Shown here in pieces: positions 1 through 14,100 of a DNA stretch of 64,000 bases. The first letter of the stretch is position 1; every line of letters starts with the position of its first letter. The notes under the pieces are model-generated. The model was not told where the DNA came from and did not search any database. It saw only the letters and a program-made list of their open reading frames with translations. This stretch comes from Trichoplax sp. H2 (Eukaryota), in contig NOWV01000108.1 in assembly GCA_003344405.1 (NCBI GenBank), forward strand, positions 186,001 to 250,000. Reading direction: 5' to 3'. The position numbers and the translations under genes were made by a program.

Positions 1-157
1 AAAAGTAAACTGTCCAACACCTCATTTATACTTCATATTACAACATTACAAAGTTAATGGTATAATAGGAAGCTATGATATAATCGGTAATAGGTGTTTC
101 AATTCTTAGAGATCATGTAATATACACTACTCATTCGAAATTTGTGTTTTGTTTAAT

Positions 158-3100
158 TTAACCTACAGGTCGTTTGATGGTTACATGAACGAAAAGTGAG
201 GCAGGAAACAGCTTTTCACGTTCTTCAGATATAAGGAATACATGTCGATATCCTATGAAGATAAAAAAAATTACACATCGACAGATTATTAACGAAAATT
301 AAAATTTTAAAGCTTTAAAATACATTATTGCCGTAGCAATGTGCATAAGGTAAAATATAAGCCTGATAGGTTTTCGCCTTACCTTCACCAATACTTGGCA
401 GTGGAACAGTATTTTGCCCTATGAAATCATCGGCAGAAAGGGCGTCACTGTCATAGACACAGAAACGTACCATAGCTAACTCCGGATTGATCACTTTAAA
501 TCTTAGCGTTTGATTCCATCTTGGGTTAAACCCTGCAATTATATATTAGAATAGCTCATTAAAAATGATCTATCATAATTCTACAATATAGTGTAAAAAA
601 ATAATATATTTATAATGGAACAATAGATTAAGTAATTCTAATTTTCTACTAACAACGAGTTTATCACTAGATTATTGAATATGCGGCACTGTAATATCGA
701 AGATAATATCATTACCGTTATTGCTAATCGTTTTAGTTGATTTAGTAGATCTATCAGCTGGTATTCCATGAATTTGTATTTTGACATAAGGATCAATGAT
801 CTAAAAAATTGTGTATTTTAAATTATTACGGTACAACACTTAATATGCTATATTTATTCAGCCATTAAGACAAGTCTATTTCTAACTTACTTCTCCTTTA
901 GTCGATTTATCAGGCTTTGGAATTTGCTGCCCAGATATTACCTATGGTTTGGATACAATATAGCCAATTAAATCGAAGTATATCGATCAGAGAAATCTTT
1001 ATTAAACTGCTTTACGTATGTATTCAGACAAAACAGTTTATTGATCAATTGCGTACTTTGATGATTAGTTCAGTTGGTTTCTCATTGGATTTTGCTTTTT
1101 TTTGTGGATCAAATGGTTTATTTACTAAAGATAGTAACAAAATTAATAACAATTTTTTGCTGAGTAGGAAGTACAATAATTTATTGTTGAGGAAATAAAC
1201 TACAGAATAGGTAATTATTAAATGGATAAAAGGAGTTGATTTGTACCGTTGCGTAAGAACTCAGGCTTCAGGTAATAACCAGAGTCACCATTGACAGCGA
1301 ATCGACCAAAGTATAGATCTGTATCAGAGCCAGGTGATTGAAGATTCATAGTAACTGTAGCAATAAATAGGAGCTATCATTAACCAACCATCGTGAGAGT
1401 AGTCATTACTATTTTTATCTAGTCAATAATTAGTAATAATTTTTACCCATTTGGCAACCAACATTCCAAAATGTTTGTGGGTAGTAGTTACTTGAACCGA
1501 TACGAAGTCCTGAAGGGTAAATCTTCGTAACATGCTTTTTATTCATTTCTACCATATCGGGAGCATTATCGTCAACAAAATTGCTTGCCTTCGATTCAGC
1601 AATCGAACACATGTTGTAGAATTTCCCTATGGTATTTAATAACTTGATCAGTTAAAAGAAGAGGTAAAAACAGCTTAAACAGATGTAAATTTACAGCTAT
1701 CTACAACAATACTCAATAATGTAAACTTACAATTCTTTTTGGTAGTTGCAAAGTCGTAGAAGTGAACACTTTGCAATAAGTTTACTACCCGAGATAGTTC
1801 TACCGCAAGTTTTGGTTTATCACCTGCGCGCTAAATTCCATTCATAAACAATTAAGGACAGCATACAGTACAGTTTATTTATAAAAGTTACTTGTCCATA
1901 GGCTTAGATTGTTGTATAGTATAATTGGTTAGATGCTGCTTGATCATGATGGTTAATATCAATTGGTATTCAACTGCTTTATTTCAGTAGAACACTACCT
2001 TTTCTTGTAATTTCTTTTTAGCTTCATCAGATAATTTCAAATCATCCTCTTCATCTTCACTGACTTCAGCTTCATCGTCATCTATATTCTCATCTTTTAA
2101 TTTTTTCCCCTAATGACAGGAATGTTAACAAATGTAAAATGATGCACATGTTGTAAATATTAATTTTTACTTACGAAAGATATTAAGCAAAGGAGATGAT
2201 TATTAATTCTATAGTATACCTTAATTAGTACTTTGTACTTGAGATCTTCAGGCGAAAGACCAGTAGTTCGTGAGGGATCGATGGGCTCTTTATATAGCTT
2301 GTCTACGAAAAATGTATAATTTTGTGTAGAATTAAAATCATAAGAGCACATTGTAAGGCTAAATAAATAGTGTTATGCAGGTTTTTATCTCACATCAAAG
2401 TCTAATTGATGAGTTAGAATCTTATATACGAAAGTATAAACGACATAACATTTTAAATTACAATGCATAACCTCCAAAAATTTCTACAAAATATTTGGCC
2501 ATTTTTCGTTGTTGTTCGATGCTACAATGATTTTCGATCGATAGTATAACTGGGTAGCTATAAAAAGAAGGGAAATATTTGACAACATACTTTAACAAAG
2601 GCAATTTATATCCATTCTCAGTAAATGTAAGTTATAATATATATATACTGTTGTACCAGTGGAACCTACGCTAGTTAGTTTATACTTTGCGTACTGGATG
2701 TACTTGCACTTTTTACTTTACAATTATATATAGAAACAAAGCAACATTGTGAGTAGGTATTATAATTACCATGATGTCACGAATGCGTAATCAGAAATTG
2801 CCTGCACAGCATCCTTAAATTTGATTTGTGATGTTAAAGTATGACCATGGTAAATAATTGGCTCACCGTCTTCACCATCCCAGCAATCGACTATAAAATA
2901 AGGTAGGTATTAGGGTATTTTACGAAAGTGTACATAGGTATATATAGCACATTTACAGAGGAACTTGTAATAACTCGTTACAACATACGTTCAACAGAGC
3001 GTACTCCTTTTTGCATATGATCGATGTAGGCATCAACGCTCGATTCTCCAACAAGTTGGTGACCAACTAGGTAGCTAAATTGTCAAGTAAGTTAAATTTT

Positions 3101-6100
3101 ATGTTTGATATTTGGTGATAAATACCCAAATAAGGTTTTATTTTAAAATTTTACTAATATATCTTAGTTCATTAACCTGTTATGCGATGAAAAGATATAG
3201 TAATGAGCGAGAGGTTGAGTCATATCCTGAAATAACTTTTGATGAGTAAATTTGATAATTTCTCCATATCTTGATGTCAGTAAATTAGTGAATCCTATAT
3301 AAGTATAATAGATTGGGAATTAATTCCAGTTAACTTTAGTAGAGTATAATGGCGTTGATACCTACCGTCAATTCCAAGACAATATGAAGCTTTTAGATCG
3401 GAGTTTGGTTCGTATTTGACGATTAGATCTTGACAGTCAGCGTCTGTAATTGCATCCTAAAAAGAAAGACTTTGATTTTAAAGCGTTTTCAAACTTTTCA
3501 AAAATTATTAACCAATATAAGCGTAGTAGTATTATTGGTTTTCAATTTTTGGAATTCTTAGGATCGCTATGGTAATGCCTATTCAGATTGGGCAACGATT
3601 CATAGAACAAACTACTGTAGAGTAAATACAGGATAAACTACTGATTTCAATCCTTTTAGGCAACACCATAATATTACGCACCATCTTTTGTTCTTGCTGC
3701 AAGAAACGTTTTAAATTGCTACTAGTCAATTCGTCACCGCCATCAGCGTATCTATTCCAATAAGAACGTATTGAAACATTATTGGATACAGATGTAATTG
3801 CTAGTCTAGAAGGAATTTACGTTAGTTAAATCATGCAATGATGATATTGTGATCGAAACTTGAATAACTATGAAAAGATATTTTTGTAGGTAATACAGCA
3901 ATTAATTTGACAACATAATACTTGTCGAAGAGGCTGTTGATTTCAGTTCGACCGGTAATATCTCGATAATATTTGGTAAATTCATCCTTTGTCATTCCTT
4001 TCCCATTTACGTCCGTAAATTGCTTTAAAATTAATGAACATTTACAATGATTAAAAGGATTAATTTGGAGTTGGAAGAGAATGTATCCAGGTAAAAAATT
4101 ACAACGATAGGCATGCTAGTGTATTGCTATGCGTAGAAAGTTAAAACATGTCGATTTTCTTACCTTATACTTTTCATAAGCATAGTTCTTATTGATATTC
4201 ATGTTCATAGCTTTTAGTAGTTTCTGAATTTCCTTAAAGGTAAGGAATCCATCACCATTTCTATCGGTATGATCGAAAGCTTGCATAATCCATCTACGAA
4301 GGTGTTAAGGTTTAATGTATAAGCATGCAAATTAAGCGACTATTCAACAGAAGATGGATTAATGTCATCGCTCCAATTTGATAACTGTAATACAAGTGTA
4401 GATATAGTGTGCTCTCTTTTGCACCATGTTCTACTTTTTAAAACAAAGCTTGTAAGTTTTTATTTATTGTCAAAGTAGTCATGAGGATAGCCTACTACTA
4501 TTGGGCTCTACTAGGATAAATATCTACGAAGTGAAAGATACATTTGCCTCTTCTCCTGGATCGTATCTTCTTTACCTAGAATGTCCAATAAATGTTGATC
4601 ATAAGATGAGAGAGTTGTATACAGACTGAAAAAAAAAAAGTCAATTGATAGTACTGTAACCAATTGATATGTTTCATTGGATTAAAGAGTAGATCAATTT
4701 TTGTTCATAAATGATCGCCATGAATTAATGAATCAACAAACTAAGGTCCATTTCAAGTTATTATTATAATTATAACATAGCCAATAAAGTAGCGATACTG
4801 TATGCTTTAAGTAATAAAAAGGGTGTAATGACGATGATTTTTTTCAACACTTTGGCAAGGTTAATAAAGTAAACACACCACAGTAGCACTATTACTGTGT
4901 ACAGTAGTATATCCTTCGACGAGTAATTAGGAAATCAAAGTTTGATTGATGACGGTGTAAAGACAAAAAGTTGCCCAACAACCATGAAGTTCATGTGAGA
5001 GTTAGGGAAGTTTATTCCTAATTGCAACGGCATCATTCAAGTAGAGTAACTATGAGATCATTGGGGTAAAATCACTAGAAACAACATGTTTTTGGTGGAT
5101 GATCTCTTTGACGATGGGTAGATCAGTTATTAAGGTTCAAATCAATTTATGGAATAAAATGCAAAGGTCAGCCATATTTTTGATCCATGTCCAGTACAGT
5201 ATTGTTATGATCACATCACGATCCATCTTTATTCCTGTATAGTACTTTGGAAACGAAGTAGGTAGGCAATCTGGATGTTTGCCCGTTGGCAGTATTATCC
5301 CTTCAGACCATCAGACAACGACAATACTCTACATTTAATTCTTATCCCCCAAAACTTGGATGGATCTCCCGTGTCCATTGGATGGCCCATTTTTTCTTAC
5401 CCATTTTTCATCGGTGAGCAACAACAACGCTATCCACGTCTGTACTGTATCGTCGATGATAGGCTTAGCATGGATAGTAGAATAAAATACGATAGGAGCC
5501 TATCAACTAGGCCTTGGATTCAATCAACATTTTAAATTAATTAACTAATTCAATCAAACCTTTAGCTCGTCGCTGCTTATTACGGTTACGGCGGACCCGA
5601 ATCCAATCGTAACAGCAAGACATCGTATTGATTCGTTCTGATTTGATTGGTGTTGACTAACGTACAATATGGAGGCTTGCACTACGTCTTTTAGACGGTA
5701 TTTAATTCAAATAATTTTGCTTTGCTTTTGTGCCAAAAGCTGAATGAAAGATTGCGTTATGGCGATGAATGATAGGCGTCTTTCTACTGGTTTTATTTAA
5801 TCCAGTCTGAATTGTAGTAATGGATTGAAAGCCTAGATGATTTTAGCCGATTGAAAATCATCCAGTGTGATCCAAGTTCTTTGCTAACAGATTACAAGCA
5901 GGGATGATGACTATTTGAACGTGATAAATCGAGATCGATCGACGTAGAATATCGATTAATATCTGACCAGTTGTTCTTTCCCCGATCACCACGACTAAGC
6001 AAGTCCAAGTTAAGAAGGAATTGGCCTTGGTTAAGTGACTGTTTTCAACTTTAGAGATGACAGCCTACCACTAGCAATAAGTAAAAATACGGCAGTATGC

Positions 6101-9100
6101 AGTAAAGTAAACAAGGAACAAAGGCCAACGCTCTAGACTGATGGTCTAATGATGGACACTGAAAAATTTGAATACAGCCTCTAGCCCATTAATCCCATTA
6201 ATTAATTCAACAAATGATACTGCATCTTCTTTATTGGCAGTAGCCGCCCCGTGGACTACAGCAGTGTGCATGGAAATTAAGATACAAGTAGTACAGTATA
6301 GCGTAGGATAGTATGAGCACTATGTGGACAACCATCAATTAATTCTTTCTCCATTAGGGTAGGACCACTCTTCAATAGTTAGTAGTCCATTTTCCTTGTA
6401 GGTCAATTTGCAATGAAAGATTGCAACATAAACTCATCAATATATTTGTTTACTATTTGGGCTTGAGGAAGATGGATTACTAGTTAGCTCCCTCCATGAG
6501 TCAGTAGTTGCTTACTATTCATCAATGATATTCAGTACGTGAAATTTGTTTTCAACAGTGTATAAGATTGATTTCAAGGCAAGCATTTGCCCAAACGTAA
6601 TTGTGGACGCGTAGTATGAGCAAGATAGGAAGTAGGGACACATAAAATGGCGTACTACCGTGATTGTATCGTAAATTCTTATAGACTTGGGTACTGGCGA
6701 CTATCAGTTAGTAAGCATGAATGACGGAGCGTTGATTAGCATGTTCAACTAAGCAGTACTGACTTGGTTCATTGGGTAAAATAAAAATATCATCCAATTG
6801 CCCTTTAACATATCGATCCACACAGTAGAAATACCCAAAGAAAAAATAGGAAACGCAAGTTATGGTAGATCACTAATCTTCCGCCGACTTTTCCAATTTG
6901 AATAGACTGAAAATAGCGCCACAATCAATCAAAGTCGACTTACCTTTGGAGATCAGAGTTGTAATAACTTGGACCCAAATACTAGCAATTTCAGGTGAAG
7001 GAGCGATCAAATCCAGTGACCGACTTTCATCGTCAATCATAAGTGAAAAGCAGCGATTACTGGTCGATTGTAAAGGATCTTTATCGTTTTTAATGCTGCT
7101 TCTGAATCGATCAGTCTTCAATCCAACTCGAACTTCCTTAATATCCTGAATGGGCACTACATGAGGATGAGAAAATGATAAATTAGGCCTGAACCAACTG
7201 TCAAATGAAAAATGACTCAATTCTTGTATGAAATTTGGAATATCAAGAATGTCAGTCGACGAATAACTTTGGCTGTTGGCTATCTACTACTGGAACTAGT
7301 TATGGGCTATTTTCAAGATCAAAATGAAACGAGTACTTGTGCATTGCTAACAAAACTCGTCTATATTGTGGATGATCGACAGCCTGTGTTAACTCGATTT
7401 TCACTTATCAATTTCAAATTTGAGTTCATTAGTAAACGGCAAATACTTTCTTCTTTTTGAACCCAAACAGTAACAAGTTGATTAGCACAAATGAATAGTG
7501 CACTTACATTTAGTTCTGGTTCGCTTCCTAGTTGGCTTATAGCACAAGCACATACTGTCAAAATCGATCCAATAGGTTCGGCGAAATTGACGATTCTTGC
7601 CACGTACTTTGGTCAATTTGGAACCATTTCGAACTTCTTTTATCGCCTCTTCCGGGATAGCTGATTAATTTATAAATGAACATGTTATATATTATCATCA
7701 TAAAGTAATCCAGTCAATGGTGAAACTGGATCATTTCATAGCGTGTAAAATAGCTAACAATGATATTATCCAATTTTGAATTCAATGAAAGGCAATGATT
7801 GGCAAAGACAACTCTTTTGCCATGTAGCATATTGAAGAGAACGATATCGATAGAAGAATCATCTCCATGTTATGAAAGGGCTCTCTCTCTCTCTCTCTCC
7901 ATGTTGGACGCCATGATGAGTGCATCAAGTCTGATTTCATTTTGCATTCAATTATTCTATTGATGTAGTACTGTCATCATAAACAAATTACTACTCCTCC
8001 AAGTTATTCGAGTTTGTATATTCATTGCGTTAGTGCTAGTCGGCATGCGAATACAGTCAAGAAAATGATAGAGACTATCCATTTGAAGGCATGCAAAAGG
8101 CAACTACAAAAGTATCCATTGCGATCAATTAGGTAACGGTATCAAGGCAATTTTATAAATAAACGAGTAGGAATAATTGTATCCAAGATATTTCAATGAT
8201 TAACCACTACATCATCCTAGTATACACAGTAGTAATAGAAGGTGGGTGCCTATGTTTACTTAGGCTTACTGATCTTTTGACTTTGATGAAGCCCACTTAA
8301 CCAAGGCTACATTCAAAAACAAGTAGAAAAATTGCATCTTCACCATTTTTCACTGCATATAGATACCCGTATGAAATCAAGTTTCAATAGTGGCTCCTAT
8401 TGCGGTTTAAAACCAACCACAATTGTAGCCTAGTAATACTTTAGATAGTCCATTGCAGGATATTGGCCATTGATTAGCATCTAAACTAAAGCATGCTCAT
8501 CAAGGCTTTGCATTTTTCAATCTATGTTTTCAACGATTGAACAACGTCGTCTTGAACTTAAGACAGCGGCGATCTTATGCCGGATTTTCTTCCAGCTTGA
8601 TGGACGACGTCAATGCGTACAATATGCCTATTTCAACGAGGAAGAAGACATGTTGTACAGGAAGTAATATCTTCTATCTTTTTCAATTGTCCGTCATGTC
8701 CATTGGAGATGAACATCTTAGCCCAATTACTCGACAGTCTAAGCAATTAGGATAACACTTCACATCAGTACGAAAGGCTGCAAAGAGAGGCGCTGCAAAA
8801 GACCACAAGCCAGAGATTAAGAGAAGAAAATTGGGCCCTCGCTGTAAAATTCATCATCCTATTTCAAAACTGCTGTACACTGTCTACTCCCTTACGACTA
8901 CGCCATCTATTTACCTATCAATGGATTGCTGTCCTAGAATACTTCATGAATGACTATAGCATGAAAATATCATAGCATTTTTTTGCGCTGGAAATTGACG
9001 TTATGGCGATTGAGCAAGAAAATGGAGGGGCCATCGCCTCAATGATTGAATTATCCAATGGATAAAACGTTGAAAAAGAAAGAATAAATTCAATTTTGTT

Positions 9101-9686
9101 TTCCTTCAAACCAAGACTGAATCGCGACTAATAAGGTTAGTCTTACAAAACTGCGATGGAATGCATTCATTGACTGCAATCTTACCCTTTGTATCAAAAT
9201 AATCAATAAGCGAATTAGGTGATCGAGAAGAGTTGCATCATGGAGAGAACTTGTTATTATCATGTTCCATGATGGAATAAAGAGAGAAAGAGAGAGAGTG
9301 GATTGGCACGTTTTAAAGTATCCTTAGACCGTGACAACAGTCCACAGCATTAAATCAACAACGACTAAAATAATGGCGTTTCTACGGCTATCCATGCCTA
9401 TGATGGCCATCCTCCATGCTACAAATAATGATGATGTTGTCCACCTTATCGATGGGAATATTGGTCTATTTTTTTTTTTGTTTTTATCTATCATCACTTT
9501 AAATTTAAATCAACAATTGAATGGCGATAGTTGATTCGTTTACGTCTCCGCACAACAACAATAATGAATCTATTTCCTAGACGGGACCGAGTGGAAATGG
9601 CAATCATGACAACACTGGATGCTATTTCTTTCCTCAGTACTAAATGGATAGAAGGGCTTACCGCTACGTTGATCACTGCTTGCCAT
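158..9686 (-). CDS. Phosphoinositide-specific phospholipase C, delta-like (PH-EF-X-Y-C2), about 21 exons
   Basis: Spliced reading: candidate exon 1 9686-9662 ([14 protein letters not shown] donor); PH exons 7660-7508 ([21 protein letters not shown]) and 7156-6944; micro-exon 4575-4542; EF-hand [15 protein letters not shown] from 4293; X box HYYIFSSHN / [20 protein letters not shown] (about 3290-2770); Y box [26 protein letters not shown] (about 1626-1448); C2 exons ending GYRHVFL...[12 protein letters not shown] (TAA 160-158). Both catalytic His motifs are present. Start exon is less certain. Confidence 0.92.
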
Positions 9687-11295
9687 GATTTTTTTTTTCT
9701 TTCCCTTTTACAATTCTTCCATCGACCGAATGATGATTACCCGATTAGACTGTCGGTTAAATAGTTGCGGCCACGCTATCATTCTAATCAAAAGGGAACT
9801 CCCTTTTGACGATGTGGATGGCCAGGATACAATAGGTTATCATGAGTAATTAACTTGGACTTTCTTTTGTCCATATGCAAGATTGTCAACAAGCTCAAAA
9901 GCTTGTTCATGATCAATCGCAATGGCGATTGTAGGATGCAACAAATTTGGATGCAACAATAGGCTGTGGAAGGGCTTTTACGCCATCCTGATCAGCGTCG
10001 ATTCATGGAGGAGTAAGAGAAAAATAAATCATTGCTATATACAACGTCGGTGATCCAATCAAACACAAACGTTATCATTAACGCATGGAGATCGATAGGG
10101 TACATGGAGAGTGCCAGTAGTCTTATATGGATGCTAGATTCTACAATAGAGTTGTACAACATTGGATACTAGGATGGTTGGCAAACAAATTATAGCCAAT
10201 CCATCAACGGTCACCAACAAGAGTTTTATTGATTTTAGCGTCCTTTTCATCATGACAATGAGATCTGGTAACTTGTATATATTCTACTTGGTAGAGGAAG
10301 TACAGGATCGACTAGGAATATCCTGGTCTTCATTACTAAATCCTAAAACGACAATCGAGTTCCTACAATCCCCATGCAATCAAGGACTTGAATGGATATC
10401 TTAAAATCAAGTATGCTTGATATTTTTCAACGGGTACAGCAAGAATGGAAACGCGATCAAACACCTTGTTTGACTAAGCTAATTGATCAACATCACTTTG
10501 ATGTTGATCAATATCAAATGCTAAACCGGTATCGAACTGTGAAAGTGCACGTCTTATGGATAAAGTAGAAACTACAGTAGTATACTGTACTGGAGAAGTA
10601 CAAGTTTCTTCTTTTTTTACTTGAAATGGACATTTGAACAAGACTTATCGACCCATTCTACCGCGCTTAATAAAAAGAAGAAATACGCGCAATTGGGCTT
10701 GGTTGTCATTGAAAGTGGACAACAAGTTTAGTTGATCCTAAATAACGAGTAATGTAGTATCAGGGCTCCCTTTTAGTAGTCGCTGATAGTTGGACGTGTA
10801 TTGTAGCTAAAAGAGACCATTTCCAAGTGTTTGGACACCAAAGTTCACAGCCTTCTATTGACAGTAGGAAAAAATGAATTAATGTACAAGTCTATTTTCC
10901 CTTGTAGTGGTGCGTCCAAGGGGGGTCTTGTTGCAGTCTCTCATCCATCATTTGTGTCTATAGCTTTCAAATTCAACATGACTACCATTGACGTACGACA
11001 ATGACGAAATACGAGCAAAAGGTGGCTCTAGTGGTCCCTAGAGAGTTAAAATCACTGTTTTATCCATGACTACTAGAATAATACTAAATTGGAGTCAATT
11101 GCGATGCTCCATCTTGAAAAAGCTTCCAACCTCTTGGCTGTCTGCAAATCACTTCCATATTGCGCCTGCTGGACTGGACTGTGGATAGGACGGACAACAA
11201 TTTTGCACTGTTGCAGTACTGTTACAATATCCCAGTGCTATTGGTAGGCAGTGCAGCGTCGGGAAGACGAGCAGCTCTCTGGTTGAGCTTGCAAA

Positions 11296-14100
11296 ATGGA
11301 TACTGCAAGAAATATGCAACAGTGGGGGGAAAAACAACCTTTAAGACTATTTGAGACCTGTTTAGATTATATTGCAGCTAATGTACGGCATGTACAATCA
11401 TTTCAGGGCTTTCCAGAGCTTATCGCTGAAGAAATTTTCCATCGCTGGCTAGCCAATACTTCACCATCTTGGCCAAAGGCCAATCCAATTCAAAAAATGA
11501 CTGAAGCTTACAAGAGCTTAATCCTACGCTGTTTATGCTTAAAGAATTGTCGCATTTTGATCGATACGTATACACCCAGTTTTTGGCTCCATTTTCAATT
11601 CATAGAAGAACTTGATATCAGCCATTGCAAATTAGGCGATGATCACCAAATGCTTACTTATATATCACAACTTAAAAGGCAAGTGCAACAACAGTGTTTC
11701 ACTTATTACTCGACAACCCTACACTACAGCAAATGCCATGGACTAATGTACTGCAGCATGGACAGGATGAAGGAATAACAACCATACTTATTATTTTCCA
11801 AATTAGAGCTGCTGAAACACAGTCATGTTTTATTGAGATTCTGTATCAATCTTTGGATTGTCATCAACAGCTTGCGTAGCTATGCAACGTCTTCTCAATG
11901 ACATAAGTTCCACTTAGCACTTCTACTGTACAGTAGGTCATGGAGTACTCTATCCTGCCATATAGAATGGAGTAGCCCAAGAATATTTCTTCCATCTTTT
12001 GCCTACATACCAGCACGGTTGTACTATCGTGTACATACCATATTACTGTAGTGCATCTGTTGATATTTTGATTGCAGATGATATGATTCTACAGTACAGC
12101 CATGAGTTGGAAAACTTTTCAGACTAATTCGAGTATTGCTACCAGAGATGGATGCAATTGCCTACCAGAATGCATATTTGCATAGTGTTGTATATCGGAT
12201 GTCTTACTGTACGCCTAGATGTAATTAGCATTGCTGTGCTAGTTTACATGTTATACAGAATTGCTAATGGTAGAATTATACGCCTATATCAACGTCGATC
12301 CTTGTGAGGTTGATTGATTAAGAATCTTCAAGACTTTCGAAAATTAAGATTTATTGAACAAAACTTCGTTGACAAAGATACAACGTAATCGATCAGCTGA
12401 AGACCTCTAACGAGAAAAAACTGTATTACTGTACTAAACTACTCGCTTCTATATATATACATTTCCGCGTTAACAATCTCACCACCTTACTTACTACACA
12501 CTTTAGTATTCGCATCTAACAAATACAGGATAGTTTACACCTTTCATGTGAAGCTCTAGTGTGAGCACTGCAACATTCTTCTTCAAAAGGATACAACTAC
12601 TAAGCTAACTCGATTTCATACTGAAACTTCTAACGGAATATCTATCACACGTTGAACACAATAACTACAGCAGACATTATTAAATATATCATCAACTTAG
12701 AATACAATATTACACTGTCTTACAATCCTATTAACCACAACTACTTCAATTCTATTCGTACTACAGGTTAACTCACCTAAGTTTGAAAGACAACTATATC
12801 AGTGATGCAGGAATAATGAAGTGGACAATCGGACGTAGATTTTCCAGTGAAAATTTTCAAGATTTAGTTTGCTTGGATCTATCTTGTACGTGACTTACTA
12901 GCAATACCAATCTATGTTGTTGCCTATCTACTTACCAATCAATAGCAGGCTGCTTGATCAGATATTACTTGCATGCTTGCAAGATTCTTAGGATACTACT
13001 GTAGATCAGCGAACAAGGACTAACCTAAAAATTGAGCTTATAGTACTGAACGAGTGCATAATGCGCTAGAGAAACTGTTAAAGTAGCCATCGCTAAAGGG
13101 TTCAAGGAATGCACACTGATTAAATTTTGCATGTTTCACCACATTAGGTAATTTACGTGTAACAGATCATTGCATCAGATATCTGCTAGCGATAAAGTCG
13201 CTATGTGATTTAAATATATCAAATACCTCCATTTCTCCAATTGGACTGAAACAGTTGCAGGATATGGCTAACTTTCGTCAGCATGGATCATTAAGTAACA
13301 ATGTAAGTAATCTTTCAATGGAATTTATTAACTTTATGCCTTAGATTGATTAATTAATATTTTGTCACTTATGCCAATTAACGTTAAAATTTCCGTAGTC
13401 ATCGTAGCGTCGCTATTACAAGCTTATACATCTATGCTGTTGATTTTAGATTTAAGGAGTACATGACTGGTGATGCTTCAATGCTTATGTCTCTGCTTTT
13501 ACCCCATTTTAATTCGATAGATCCTCGAATATGATTTTGATAATTTCACCGAAACTTCCGGATGGATCGCCAACGTAAGCTATCGTTTCAATTATAAAAG
13601 TTTTACCATCTATTAGCAATGGTTTACTATTGCCTATGCCACATGTATGTTGCAGATGGGTCAGAAATATTGTTCTCACCTAGTGTCAAAGATAAATTTA
13701 CCTTTTTATTCATACTGTATCATTGCATGATTTATAATCGCAAAATTTCAGTGGATAGAAGAAATGAAAGCTCTATGTTGGAAAAAACACGGAGACGTAA
13801 ATATCCCGAAATTGATAAAAAGTAGATTAGGTTAGGGTACATGTGTATGCCGAGAGCTTGTATAAAAAAATTATGGATTCATCCTTTACTATTTTAAGGT
13901 ATTTCCAATGATTTTGATTTCAACGTTTACGTTGTGTAGGTGATTGTATACTAAAAAAGTATCAAGGAGATAGCCAATCTGAAGGACTTCAGGTTAATCC
14001 TTTAAAATCAGACAAAAAGTCGAATGGGGACTTGTCTACTACAAGGGAAACTCAAAAGACTGAAGATTTTGATAGGCAGCTTCTACAATTATATTCATAG
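11296..14100 (+). CDS. LRRC42: Leucine-rich repeat-containing protein 42-like, multi-exon
   Basis: Exon 1 has LFETCLDYIAANVRHVQSFQGFPELIAEEIF and IEELDISHCKLGDDHQML; exon from 12767 reads LTHLSLKDNYISDAGIMKWT...LVCLDLSC; last exon ends EDFDRQLLQLYS* at 14100. These match LRRC42 family features as I recall them. Middle exons are approximate. Confidence 0.8.

Noticed and set aside
9186..9267. Alternative PLC first exon with an in-frame TGA (possible selenocysteine or readthrough)
   Set aside because: A stop-free, phase-compatible first exon exists at 9686-9662 and no SECIS-like element was seen; more likely untranslated or chance.
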